Position numbers and translations under genes: made by a program. Positions 12,408 through 25,407 of a stretch of 64,000 nt of DNA are shown in pieces (positions within the stretch are counted from its first letter, which is position 1; every line of letters begins with the position of its first letter). Below the pieces are notes generated by a model. It did not search any database. It was not told the DNA's origin and worked only from the letters and a program-made list of their open reading frames with translations. Origin of the DNA: Eledone cirrhosa (taxonomy: Eukaryota); NCBI GenBank assembly GCA_964016885.1, contig OZ024749.1, positions 34,658,001 through 34,722,000 on the forward strand. Reading direction: 5' to 3'.

Positions 12408-12665
12408 CATGACTCATGCACTGTTCATTTTACTGATGTTTGTGCATTGCCCTATGTACTGTACATGCACTTTTTGATGAGTTGTGGTGCACCTGGGCAC
12501 TGTACACAATATTTCATTATTATTATTATTATTATATCATGACTCATACACTGTTCATTTTCCTGACATTTGTACATTATTCTATGTACTATACATGCAC
12601 CTTTGATGAGTTGTAGTGCACCTGAGCACTGTACACAATAATTTCATTATTATCATTATTATCAT
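12408..12665 (+). repeat. ~130-bp tandem duplication resembling a retroposon 3' end with (ATT)n tail
   Basis: gactcatRcactgttcatttt...gttgtRgtgcacctgRgcactgtacacaat...attattatt occurs twice (12411, 12541). Confidence 0.75.
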
Positions 12666-13225
12666 CATTCTCATCAGTATCATTTGTACCATCCTTATCT
12701 TCATTGCTTTTGTTGCTGTGTGTGCTTTTGCTTTATAACAGCTACACTATATGTATTCCTGCATGTCGTAAGAGTAAACTAAGAGGCTTGGTGCCAGGAA
12801 GGGCATAAAACATTGCTTTAGAAAGGATTCCATCATGTGCATGAAACCCTTCATGGAGCACTACAAAGCTAACCCCTGCATTAACAGGGATAAAAAATGG
12901 TCGTAAAATGCTTGCTGTTGTTGTTGCTGTTTCATTGATGTCATCCTTGTTGTTGCGTCATCATCATCATCATCGTCGTCATCATCATCATCGTCATCAA
13001 TTACATCATTACCAGTTTTCACTTCAACTTGACACAGTGACACCTGCTCATTTGTCTTTATCCACGTCCATGTGTATGTCAAGCAATAACTGATGAACAC
13101 CACCACCTCCCCTACAGAAATAAGGTAAGGTTGCTAGATTAAAATTAAATGTTCCTAAATCTAACATCAACTTGTTTCATTGAATTAACAATACATAATA
13201 GTTTTTGCTCTCTATATTATTATTG

Positions 13226-13470
13226 TGGAAGTACGTGGCCTAGTGGTAAGGGTGTTGGACTTACAATCATAGTGTTGTGGGTTCAATTCCTGGACTGGGT
13301 TGTGTGTTGTGTTGCTGAGCAAAACACATCATTTCATGTTGTTCCAGTATACTCAACTGAAAATGAGTACCAGCAATAAGTGGGGGTTTAACCCTGTGGT
13401 GGACTGACATTCTGTCTTGGGGGTAGTCTTGCACTCTCAGTCGCTTCACACCACGAAAACTGGGATAAGC
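13226..13470 (+). mobile_element. tRNA-headed SINE
   Basis: tggcctagtggtaaggg (A box) and ggttcaattcc (B box). The 3' part resembles 54685-54765. Confidence 0.8.
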
Positions 13471-13537
13471 AATTTAGTCTATATTATTACCAAAGCGAAA
13501 CTATTACAGATATATTGGGAGATTCAGCAATATTAGG

Positions 13538-13882
13538 TACTGTATTTCCTGGCACCGAAGATGCTTTGTTCTCAAGGAAGCATCCTAATTTTGACAACTA
13601 AAAATTTTTAAAAAATAATTGTTTCTATTTTTGGCACAAGGCCAGCAATTATATCAGTGCATTACTGGTACTTTATTTTATCGACCCCGTAAGGATGAAA
13701 GGCAAAGTTAACCTCGGCGGGATTTGAACTCAGACCGTAAGGGGCGTAACTCTATGCTGCAAAGCATGGCGTCCGACCTTCAACTGATACAATAAACAAT
13801 CTTCAGCCTCCAGGACGCATGGTAGATTTTTGAGACTTATTTTAGGAAAAAAGTAGCATCTTCGATGCTGGGAAATATGGTA
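13538..13882. mobile_element. TA-flanked MITE (same family as 10527) with nested SINE fragment
   Basis: TIRs TA-ctgtatttcctggcaccgaagatgct / agcatcttcgatgctgggaaatatgg-TA. The interior matches the reverse complement of 10527-10679 except for an insert at ~13618-13790. Confidence 0.82.
13618..13790 (-). mobile_element. SINE fragment (second tRNA-headed family)
   Basis: ggcacaaggccagcaatt...ctggtactttattttatcgacccc.taaggatgaaaggcaaagttaacc..ggcgggatttgaactc is near-identical to 22241-22414. B box gagttcaaatcc on the minus strand. Confidence 0.8.
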
Positions 13883-13885
13883 TAT

Positions 13886-14735
13886 GTACTGCATTTGAAG
13901 CTACAGACTTTAATCTACAGATATATTGAGAGACTCAGCAATATTAGGTAGAAGTACTGCATTTGAAGCTACAGACTTTAATCTACAGATATATTGAGAG
14001 ACTCAGCAATATTAGGTAGAAGTACTGCATTTGAAGCTACAGACTTTAATCTACAGATATATTGAGAGACTCAGCAATATTAGGTAGAAGTACTGCATTT
14101 GAAGCTACAGACTTTAATCTACAGATATATTGAGAGACTCAGCAATATTAGGTAGAAGTACTGCATTTGAAGCTACAGACTTTAATCTACAGATATATTG
14201 AGAGACTCAGCAATATTAGGTAGAAGTACTGCATTTGAAGCTACAGACTTTAATCTACAGATATATTGAGAGACTCAGCAATATTAGGTAGAAGTACTGC
14301 ATTTGAAGCTACAGACTTTAATCTACAGATATATTGAGAGACTCAGCAATATTAGGTAGAAGTACTGCATTTGAAGCTACAGACTTTAATCTACAGATAT
14401 ATTGAGAGACTCAGCAATATTAGGTAGAAGTACTGCATTTGAAGCTACAGACTTTAATCTACAGATATATTGAGAGACTCAGCAATATTAGGTAGAAGTA
14501 CTGCATTTGAAGCTACAGACTTTAATCTACAGATATATTGAGAGACTCAGCAATATTAGGTAGAAGTACTGCATTTGAAGCTACAGACTTTAATCTACAG
14601 ATATATTGAGAGACTCAGCAATATTAGGTAGAAGTACTGCATTTGAAGCTACAGACTTTAATCTACAGATATATTGAGAGACTCAGCAATATTAGGTAGA
14701 AGTACTGCATTTGAAGCTACAGACTTTAATCTACA
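13886..14735. repeat. perfect 68-bp tandem repeat, ~12.5 copies
   Basis: ATATTGAGAGACTCAGCAATATTAGGTAGAAGTACTGCATTTGAAGCTACAGACTTTAATCTACAGAT at 13991, 14059... with no visible variants. Confidence 0.97.
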
Positions 14736-14889
14736 AATTTCAATTGAATTATGTAATGTTTGCAATAAAAAGAGAAAAAGAAAAGAAATGAAATTGTAAA
14801 ACTCAGGGAAAGTCTAGATAGTATATCTCAGTTGTGCCTTGTGGATGAAATAGTGAAGGCATTAGCATGGAAAATAGCCAGCAACACTC

Positions 14890-15092
14890 GTCTTTTACCC
14901 TGATATCTATCCTCTTTACACTGATATCCCTATATTTCACTCTGATATCCTTGTCATTCACCCTCATATCCTTGTCTTTCACCCTCATATCCCTGTGTTT
15001 CACCCTGATATCTTTGTATTTTACTCTGACATCCCTGTAATTTACCCTGATATCCTTATCTTTCCCCCATGTCTTTTACTCTGATATCTTAT
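14890..15092. repeat. degenerate 21-bp tandem repeat
   Basis: tttYaccctSatatcc recurs every 21 bp. Confidence 0.8.
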
Positions 15093-15790
15093 ATTACAAT
15101 GAAGAAAGGAAAGGCATATTTCTATCCACATCAGTCTGAAGCAACTTATTCATCTCCAGTTAAGAGAGAGAAACATAATTGATGATATATGCAATGTGGT
15201 GTCATTGCTGGTAACATTCCACTGAAATACAGACATATTGATAAGATTATATTAGCTACACTACATTGTAAAGACACTACTGCCACACCCTGCATATATA
15301 GTTTGTGATACTGGTATTGTATAGAAGGCAAACACCTATACACAGTCACATGCACACACATCACACACATCACACACGTATACATACATACGTGCATACA
15401 TACGTGCATACATACGTACATACAGAGACATGCAAATACATAAACACAAATACAATGATACATATGAACACATACAGACAGTCAAATACACATACATGCA
15501 CATACAAATGTACACATATACTCATGCACAATGTATACATACATACATACATGTATACATACATATACATACATACATATGTATACATACATACATATGT
15601 ATATATAAATATATATATATAATATCACCCCATAAAAGAAGATTGAAGAAAGTCTTTGTCCACACTTAAGACATGTGGAGGTACAAAAATAAATGGCAAG
15701 GATTATTTCTAAATTATATACCCTATGATAAACACTACACTCCAGACTGTTTTTCTCCTATCTGTGTGTGTGAATATACATATCTCATCT

Positions 15791-15799
<9 letters not shown>

Positions 15800-15837
<38 letters not shown>

Positions 15838-15909
15838 CTACATTACTTCAGTATGTCTTTACCTAATTAAAGACAGTAGGGTATGCCAGCAGGGAAATAC
15901 AGTTGTGAA

Positions 15910-15993
<84 letters not shown>

Positions 15994-16004
15994 CACACAT
16001 AATA

Positions 16005-16045
<41 letters not shown>

Positions 16046-16117
16046 CTACATTACTTCAGTATGTCTTTACCTAATTAAAGACAGTAGGGTATGCCAGCAG
16101 GGAAATACAGTTGTGAA

Positions 16118-16179
<62 letters not shown>

Positions 16180-16192
16180 TACACACATAATA

Positions 16193-16236
<44 letters not shown>
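15800..16236. repeat. ~209-bp tandem duplication bounded by and containing (TA)n
   Basis: tgactacattacttcag...gttgtgaactt is identical at ~15834 and ~16043. Confidence 0.9.
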
Positions 16237-16240
<4 letters not shown>

Positions 16241-16312
16241 TGATGTTAGCAGGGAATAAAGTCCATAAAAAAAATGGATGATGAAGATATCTATCTACCC
16301 CACTGTATTATG

Positions 16313-16370
<58 letters not shown>

Positions 16371-16961
16371 CTGTGTATATGGGGAAACAGAGAAACATCA
16401 TCATCATCATCATCATCATCATCATTGGCAATCCCTCAGGGTCAAGGGCACTTGTCCACAAGTTTCAACTTTTGTGAACCAGTATGTAATGTGAGTGTGT
16501 GTGTCTGTTAAGATTTAGCTGACCAATGTACAACAGTTGGTCTGTGACATTTCAGTAAGATGGAAGGTCATGTCTGTTGTATTTGTCTGATTTAATCAAT
16601 ACAACTGTGGATATACACTATGTTAGGTTTCTTCTAGTTATTCATTTCTCACTAGGTTAATACTACGTTAATATCAGCTCAGTATATGTATGTATACACA
16701 CACACATATATATATATATATATATGGTGGCTGCCAACTCGTTTTCGAGTACGGCCACTACTTTATATCCATGTAGGAGAACCCCTACCGATGCGCTGAA
16801 CGAGTGTGACTTTTTAGTCCAGCCAGCAACTTGAAAACTCTGGTACAAACACTACACTTGTGACAATTATTTACATATCCATATATACTTACATACATAC
16901 ATATATATGCATGCATACACACATATAAATATATATAAATATACACATAAATACGTGCATG

Positions 16962-17025
<64 letters not shown>

Positions 17026-18248
17026 TACATATATATATACATATGTACATACACATGCATATATATATATATATACCTCTCTCAGTTCTCACTAAAAATG
17101 TTCCAGTTGTTCAAAGAATGGAACAGCTTGTGAAATTAATGTGCAAGTAGCTGAGCATTCCACAGCCACGTGCACTCTTAATGTTATTACCACAGAAATT
17201 CTGTGTGACGAAGAATTTTAAGAGATATACTAAATAATTCATTACTAAGATGTATCGTAACAAATGGTTCCTATATAAAATTATGTTGAAAGATTTTAAT
17301 TTCAGTGGGATTTTTTTAAATAAGTGGTTTTCTGTGACCAAATTGAGCCTTTGAATTATGAGTACAACACATTTTTACCAGCTTAGTAGAATGGAGCTAC
17401 ATGAAATAAGGAATCTGACCATATGGTCATGAGCTGAACACCCTAATCACTAAACCATGTGTCTTCACACCCCTTGACTATAATGTTAATATTTTTCCAA
17501 GATGGCTGACAAGCAATTACACCAATTTCCTTCTCTCTCCTGTTTTTCTCCATTTTCCTTTTTCTTTTCTCTTGTCTATCTTTCTTTTTTCTTCTCTCTT
17601 CCAAACATCTCTTCTCTCATTTATCTTCTGATGAAGGATTATCCTCTGACATGTTAAGACTATTTTAACTTTTTATAAAGAGAAATGAGTTGTTATGTGC
17701 AGGAGAAAAAAATGGTGGTATGAATATCTTATGAATATGGATGATGATTGTTGAGAGAAGAAGTTCCAGGAGAACCTATTGGAAGGAAACTGGAAAAGGT
17801 AGACCAAGGAAAACATTAACAAAAGTGTTGAGAGCTGATCTCAGATCACTGAACTTCATCTGCCCATGCAAGAATGGAGAGCCAGCCATAAAACAATGAT
17901 GGTGTTGATGAGAATGATGATGAAGTTTTCTAGCACTGTTTTCTTGTCATGTTATTAAGACAATAAGCCTAATAATGCCTGTCCAACTTGATATCCTATC
18001 CATGATACAAAGCTGTACCATGGCCAAGCCATTGAAATGTCTTCTCCACTTACTCTGCTGTTAAAATAATTAAAAATGGGAGTTAAAAACTAGCAACAGG
18101 TGCTTTATTAATTTACACCACTACCACCATTAAATGTTCTCATTCAAGAAAGGAGAATATAATAGTATTCATTAGTACGGTTATGAATATTATGTCTGTG
18201 TATGTATCATTATCATCCTTTTACATCATATATATATATATATATATT

Positions 18249-18283
<35 letters not shown>

Positions 18284-18289
18284 GTATGA

Positions 18290-18323
<34 letters not shown>

Positions 18324-18857
18324 TGTATGTGATTCAATGAATTACTGGTGGTGGTACCAAAATGAGCACCTCGATGGGTGCACAGACAGTGTATATAAGA
18401 GGTCGATACACAAAAAAAAAACCCAACTAAATACATGTAAACAAAACTTCATAGTTTTCCTTTATATATATGTGTGTGTGTGTATATATATATATATCAT
18501 TTCTATTATCATTTGCCATTCATCCTTACGGGGTCGATAAAATAAAGTACCAGTAATGCACTGGGTAATTGATCGCCCTGTGCCAAAAGTAGAAACAATT
18601 AGTATTATCATCCTCATTGATTTTATGGCCATTTTTACATGCCTCCAAGCATTTGAAGAGTATTCTTTGCTACTAAAGCAGGAGTTAGCCTTGTGGGCTC
18701 CATGAAAAGCTTCATGTACATCATGGGAGTCCTTTTTGAAGCAATGTTCTGTGACTGGAAGCCCTTCCTGGTGCCAACCTTTTTAGTCACCTCTTATGAT
18801 GTGCAAGGATACATTGTACTTATTTTAAACTGGATACACACAGTATATTACGTATTA

Positions 18858-19620
18858 TATTACACACTACATTACACATACACTACATAATACATTATAC
18901 ACACCGTACATATTACATTACATACTACATTACACACACACATTATGCACATATTACATAATACATTACACATACACTACATAATACATTATACACACTG
19001 TACATATTACATTACATACTACATTTCACATACATTATGCACATATTACATAATACATTACACATACACTACATAATACATTATACACACCGTACATATT
19101 ACATTACATACTACATTTCACATACATTATGCACATATTACATAATACATTACACATACACTACATAATACATTATACACACCGTACATATTACATTACA
19201 TACTACATTTCACATACATTATGCACATATTACATAATACATTACACATACACTACATAATACATTATACACACCGTACATATTACATTACATACTACAT
19301 TACACACACACATTATGCACATATTACATAATATATTACACATACACTACATAATACATTATACACACTGTACATATTACATTACATACTACATTACACA
19401 CACACATTGTGCACATATTACATAATACATTACACATACACTACATAATACATTATACACACCGTACATATTACATTACATACTACATTACACACACACA
19501 TTATGCACATATTACATAATACATTACACATACATTACATAACACATCATACACATAGTATATATTACATTACATACACATTACACAGACACTACACATT
19601 ACATAATACATTACACACTA
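18858..19620. repeat. 92-94-bp CA/TA-rich minisatellite, ~8 copies
   Basis: acYgtacatattac anchor at 18903, 18997, 19089, 19181, 19273, 19367 and 19461. Confidence 0.92.
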
Positions 19621-20392
19621 CTAAATAAATAGCAGTTTCTTGATTTGTAAGTTTTCAATAATTGTATTTTCAATAATTCATCAGAATTCATCTAGCCCAC
19701 CCACTTACAAACTTATTGATATTTGGGCCCAACAAAATGTTACCTAGCAATATTGAACTATTGAACTCATGTGAAAGATAAACAATCTATAATAGTGTCA
19801 CAGCTGGATAATAATGTATAAATATATACTCTAGCAACCTAGCTAGCTTACTTTTAATTCCATTACTGTTGAAGTTATAAATATGAGTGGTGGCTAGGGC
19901 AGAGTTGTTCTCAGAGACCCACGGCACATTCCTCTCCTTGCTATCCCAGATTTCTTCAGTTATTCCTCTATTAAATTCTTTATTTTTGTGTAATTTTATC
20001 CTAGGAATATATTTGAGTATTTTTTTAAAAACAATTTCAACATATATAAAAAAAGAAATTTGATTGTCATCTAGTAATTGTTTCACTTGAGCACCATATT
20101 AACATGAGCAAACTTTCCAAATCTAAATAATACTATAGTCCAGTGGTTCTCAAAGACCCAGATCACATTTCTCTCTTTGCAATCCCAGGTTTCTTCAATT
20201 CCTCTTCAATTTTGAATTGCCATCTAGTAATTTTTCAACCCAGCACCATATTAACACGAATAAATTTACCAAACCTTAATAATTGAGTACTTCCATATAA
20301 GATTAAGTTGGATATATTGGTATTTCATTTAATATATACAGGATGTACACTATAGTTGGGTGGTATATTGTTATTTCATTTAATATATTTAT

Positions 20393-20787
20393 GTGGAGGC
20401 ACATGGCTTAGTGGTTAGAGCATTGGCTTTGTAATCGAAAGGTTGTGAGTTCAATTCTCAGACCGGGTGATGTGTTGTTTCCTTGAGCAAGACTCTTTAT
20501 TTCACATTGCTCCAGTTTACTCAGCTGTAGAAATGAGATGATAGGAGTGGGGTCCCTATCATTCCACTACAAAGTGGCCGTGGAGGTACCATGGCAAAAA
20601 AGCACCCAGCCTACACTATAAAGTGGACGTGTAGGCGCCATGGATAAAAAGCACCCAGCACTCACTGTAAATGAGGTTGGTGTTAGGAAGGGCATCCAGC
20701 TGTAGAAGTCAAGCCAGAATCAGTTCCCGTCCCACCCTTGCAAACAGGGAAAAGCGGACATAAGATGATGATGATGATGATGATGAT
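20393..20787 (+). mobile_element. full-length tRNA-headed SINE with RTE-derived 3' tail
   Basis: Head ggaggcacatggcttagtggttagagc...gagttcaattctc. Tail ggttggtgttaggaagggcatccagc matches the RTE 3'UTR; ends in (GAT)n. Near-identical to 32927-33264. Confidence 0.9.
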
Positions 20788-21570
20788 AGTGTAATTGGGT
20801 ATATTGGTTATTTCATGTTATTTCATATATTGGTTATTTCAATGTACATTATAGTTAGATATATTGGTATTTCATTTGATATATACACAATGTGTTCTGG
20901 GACAAGTCACTTTATTTCCCATTGCTCAGTTGGTAAAAATGAGCTACGATGACATTAATGCCAAGCTGTATTGGCCTTTGCCTTTCCCTTAGATGACATT
21001 AGTGGATGTCTGCTGGTCTTTTACAGAAACATCATGTCCAGGCTTGCACCTTGGAAAGTGCAAACTTATGATCACTGGAAATGAAGTGTATTGCTCAAGA
21101 GCACAACACACCACTGGGAACTGAACTCATGACCTTTGGGTGAGTGTATGAGCCAAATACCCTAACTTCTGAGCATGCAGCTGTATACATTCATGTACAT
21201 TCACTCACATATCTTCTCATATATGCATACACAGATACACACATATATATGCATTCATAGACATAGGTACACACATAGATGCATATACAGACACACAAAC
21301 TCACAGAGACACTCAGTGGCTCACACACTCACCCAAATATCTTCCTACCTGCACGTATACATATAAGTATTTCCATATGCATATCTGACACATGTGGAAA
21401 CTAATACAATACATTTATGTGCATCTTGCTATATTAGGTGCACGTGTTTATTGTACGATGTGCATGTGCAGCTGGTTATCCAAATATAGAAACATACTCC
21501 CACTTACATATCTTGAGATATATGTGTAGGAGTACATTTCATGCATCTATACATATACATACACACACGC

Positions 21571-21610
<40 letters not shown>

Positions 21611-21613
<3 letters not shown>

Positions 21614-22231
21614 ATAATAATAAATTTGAAGACTAAAATCCAAAGAGGGCTCGATAGGATAAATATATATCAAATATATAAGAACCGTAGAGCAAATATT
21701 TATTAAAATAACAGATTAAAGTTTAAGCAAAGAATCGCTGCTTTCACCCTTAACGGGATCTTCTGAAACTAACAAAGTCAATCTGTAAACGCAGAAGTGG
21801 ATATTTCAAAAAACGTTGCAACCGGAGGAAGACACGAAGACGATACTTTGGTTCGTTGAAACGTTCCCTGGCAAAGAACGGGAAAAAACGAATATAATAC
21901 GTCATTAATAGGAGCGGTGAAAAACAATTACGCGCAAAGACATAACCACGTCTACGACTTCTTTTATACCATAAACGTGGTTATGTCTTTGTGTGTAATT
22001 GTTTTTCACCGCTCCTATTAATGACGTATTGTATTCGTTTTTTCCCGTTCTTTGCCAGGGAACGTTTCCACGAACCAAAGTATCGTCTTCGTGTCTTCCT
22101 CCAGTTGCAACGTTTTTTGAAATATCCACTTCTGCGTTTACAGATTGACTTTGTTAGTTTCAGAAGATCCCGTTAAGGGTGAAAGCAGCGATTCTTTGCT
22201 TAAACTTTAATCTGTTATTTTAATAAATATA
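21611..22231. mobile_element. fold-back element, family 2 (Penelope-like pLTR remnant?): ~255-bp inverted arms, ~22-nt spacer, ~85-bp tail
   Basis: ~21695-21951 is the reverse complement of ~21974-22230 with few mismatches. Flanked by (TA)n on both sides; homolog at 49116-49338. Confidence 0.75.
22156..22206 (+). ncRNA. hammerhead-like fold with non-canonical CAGAAGA core
   Basis: Stem I AGTTT/AAACT; core CAGAAGA; stem II (T)CCC-GTTAA-GGG(T); GAAA; stem III GCA/TGC; triplet CUU. Confidence 0.5.
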
Positions 22232-22240
22232 TATATATAT

Positions 22241-22414
22241 TGGCACAAGGCCAGGAATTACCTAGTGTATTACTGGTACTTTATTTTATCGACCCCATAA
22301 GGATGAAAGGCAAAGTTAACCTTGGCGGGATTTGAACTCAGAATGGCAAGGGCCGTAACTCTATGCGTTAAAGCATGGCGTCCAACCCTCTACCGATACT
22401 GCCAATCCACCGCC
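22241..22414 (-). mobile_element. tRNA-headed SINE (second family)
   Basis: Minus strand begins ggcggtggattggcagtatcggtagag and has B box gagttcaaatcc. Homologous to 13618-13790. Confidence 0.8.
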
Positions 22415-22755
22415 CTTTATAAATATATATATATATATATAATAGTTGTAAATCGAAGTTTTAGCTGTTGTACAAGTACTATTCAATTCATTTGAGGCAA
22501 TCACAAAGCACTCAATGGATCAAAAGTTAAAAATATTAGGAAGATTAGGTCCAGAGTAAACACAACTATATAGTATGACACCAAGAAAACTGACCGAAGG
22601 CACCGGCTATACATATAACCTAACTACGATATATATATATATGTATATATATAAATAGAATAATGAAATACATATGAAATAAATACTCTGTCATTCTTAT
22701 ACGGATAAAGTACGTTGAGTTCTTGAATGGAATTGCATCAATGTTTTATTGCATG

Positions 22756-22786
<31 letters not shown>

Positions 22787-22945
22787 ATATACTTCGCTAT
22801 TGTATTTATTTTGCAAGATTCATGATGTGAAATCGTGTGATGAAACAGATATTTCTATACTTTGGTAGGGCCATATTGCCAAAAGCACACATACACACCA
22901 CTGAGTTTCAAAATTGTTGGCCTTGTGCCTAAATCAGAAACTATG

Positions 22946-23004
<59 letters not shown>

Positions 23005-23188
23005 GTGTACCTGAGGTGGTGTAATCAATGGACATCAGAATGAAAAGCTCCCATACATCTGGCATTCATATCATTGATCAGATAGAACTTCTGTTTGTAT
23101 AGTTCACACATCTCTTCCCCAACCTCTTTCTCTCTCTCTATGTATATATATATATCATAATACATATATACACATATGTATATGTATG

Positions 23189-23227
<39 letters not shown>

Positions 23228-23847
23228 TAATATATATATATATATACATACATAAATAAATGGATGTGTGTCTATGTTTACATATATGTGTATATCAGCA
23301 TTGCAGCAACACACACACACACACACGCACACGTGTGTGTATGTGTAGAAATATATATATGTGTGTGTGTGTGTGTTTCCTTCTCCCCTGTCTTCCAGCT
23401 GTTACACCACTTCCATTGATTACATCCATTTGTATTTGGAACATGCCATGACAGAGATGAGAGGGGAGTGAGAAAGAAAGATAAAGAAAGACAGGCAGGC
23501 AGACAGACAGACAGAAAGAAAGAAAGAAAGAAAGAAAGCCAGACAGAAATAAAGACAGACAGACAGAAATAAAGAAACTAATGAATAAATGAAACAAATC
23601 AATGAAAGAAAGAAAAGAAATATTCTTTGAAATGGAAAGATTTATTCGAGAAAATCATTTCTAAATTAACATTAAATATTCAATATTATGGAATGAGAAG
23701 AAATATATTTTAATGGTATGGGAGAGACATTCATTTGGACATCTGTTGGACCTCTGACCAAACCACAAGTGTTCCAGTTGTTTGAACAATAGAATAGCCA
23801 GATTGGGTAATTAATGTGCAAGTGACTGAGCATAGACACGTGCATCC

Positions 23848-24058
23848 TTAACCCTTTAGCATTTAAACCGGCCATATCTGGCCAGAATTATCTCATCTCT
23901 TTCTGTTCAAACCAACCGAAACCAGCTGCTTGTATTTAGGTTAAATTATTGTTCTCAAAATATATAATGTCAACATCTCGTAGATTTGATATTATGTGAG
24001 ATATTTATGTGAAAAAAACAATAATAAATATAGAGTAATGTAAATGATAAAGGGTTAA
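23848..24058 (+). mobile_element. TTAA-flanked MITE family A inserted in a minus-strand SINE
   Basis: TTAA-ccctttagcattta...taaatgataaaggg-TTAA. The flanks rejoin to give the SINE sequence gacacgtgcatccTTAA-aatagttctc. Confidence 0.85.
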
Positions 24059-24737
24059 AATAGTTCTCTGGAAGATTCAACATTACACATTGTGTGACAA
24101 GGCTGGCCCTTTTGAATCATAGGTAGAACTAACTTGTCTTTGTTAGCTAAGTAGACTGCAGCAGCGTGAAATAAAGTGTCTTGCTCGAGGACACAACACA
24201 CTGCCAGGAATCAAACTCATGACTTTACAATCCTTAGCTAAACACCTTAACCACTAAGCTTACATGCTTTCACTCTTTTTTTAAAAAAAATAATCTCACA
24301 GTAAATATAGATATAGTTACCGTGTAGATCTGTATACTGAGACTTACTTGTGATGCCGTGGTCATACAGCATGCAATGAAGCGTAGTATGAGAGCAAACT
24401 ACACATTTCCATAGATGGCTTAGTGTCAGGAGGAGGAGGAGGAGGAGGGGGCACATTGAAGATTGGTGGGAGGGTAGAAAGAAGTAACCACAACTAGGGT
24501 ATGAGGCTGTTGGAAGAAGCACACTTTACCTGGTCACTGAAACTGCTAGAAATAGCAGCCACATTTCCATAGATACAACAAATGTTGGGGCATTCAAGTA
24601 AGGACAACCAGAGCAATAACACATACATGAGCTGTTTTTCAAGTAAACAATTATTTACAAATGGTTAAGACAGATAAGACAATGTTTGGCTTGGTAAAAA
24701 TCATTTGTTTTGTGATTGTACCATTTGTTCTTTAAAA

Positions 24738-24967
24738 ACTATAACAGCAACAACAACAACAATAACAACCACAATAAACAGTTATGACAATAACAAGAAA
24801 AACAACACCAATAGCAAACACTACAACAACATCAGCAACAATAGCAGTGATAACAACAACAACAATAGTAGCAACAATAACAACAACAACAACAACAGCA
24901 ATCACCACAATAACAACTGATAACAGCAACAATATACAATGATAACAGCAGCAATAACAACAATAAC
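24738..24967. repeat. degenerate (AAC)n tract
   Basis: Seen directly. Confidence 0.9.
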
Positions 24968-25407
24968 TTGAATAGCTTACAACGAAAGAGATAAGAGTGT
25001 GCTATAGACAATGTATCCCTCTCTTAACTCCATTAGCATAATACCAATCTCATCACTGATATCTCACAGGAAACATGTCTTGGTTACATAAATATCTCAA
25101 TCATATATTCTTTCATTCTCTTATTCTCTGATTAACAAACATTGTCTAAAACTTTGTGACATGGTTGGTGGTTGTATGGAGTTAATACAGGGTAGCAAGG
25201 ACTCTTTAGTCTGGCTGAGTACATGACAACTTCTCTAGTGCTGGTGCGACAATGTAATGCACTCAGTACACACTATAAAGTGTTAATGCTGGTGCCATGA
25301 TAAAATGCACCCTGTACACTCTGTAATGTGCCAGTGCCATGATAAAATACATTTAGTACATTGAAACCATGCCAAATATGGAACATATGAACAAGAGAGG
25401 CTTATAT

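Noticed and set aside
13886-14735. CRISPR-like regular repeat
   Set aside because: Units are contiguous and identical with no unique spacers; no cas genes; eukaryotic context.
20395-20470. tRNA gene
   Set aside because: A/B boxes are present but continue into a repeated SINE body and LINE-like tail; no full cloverleaf or poly-T terminator. The same applies to the other SINE heads.
21905-22176. ORFs within the large inverted repeat
   Set aside because: Short, with no recognisable motif; better explained as part of the fold-back element.
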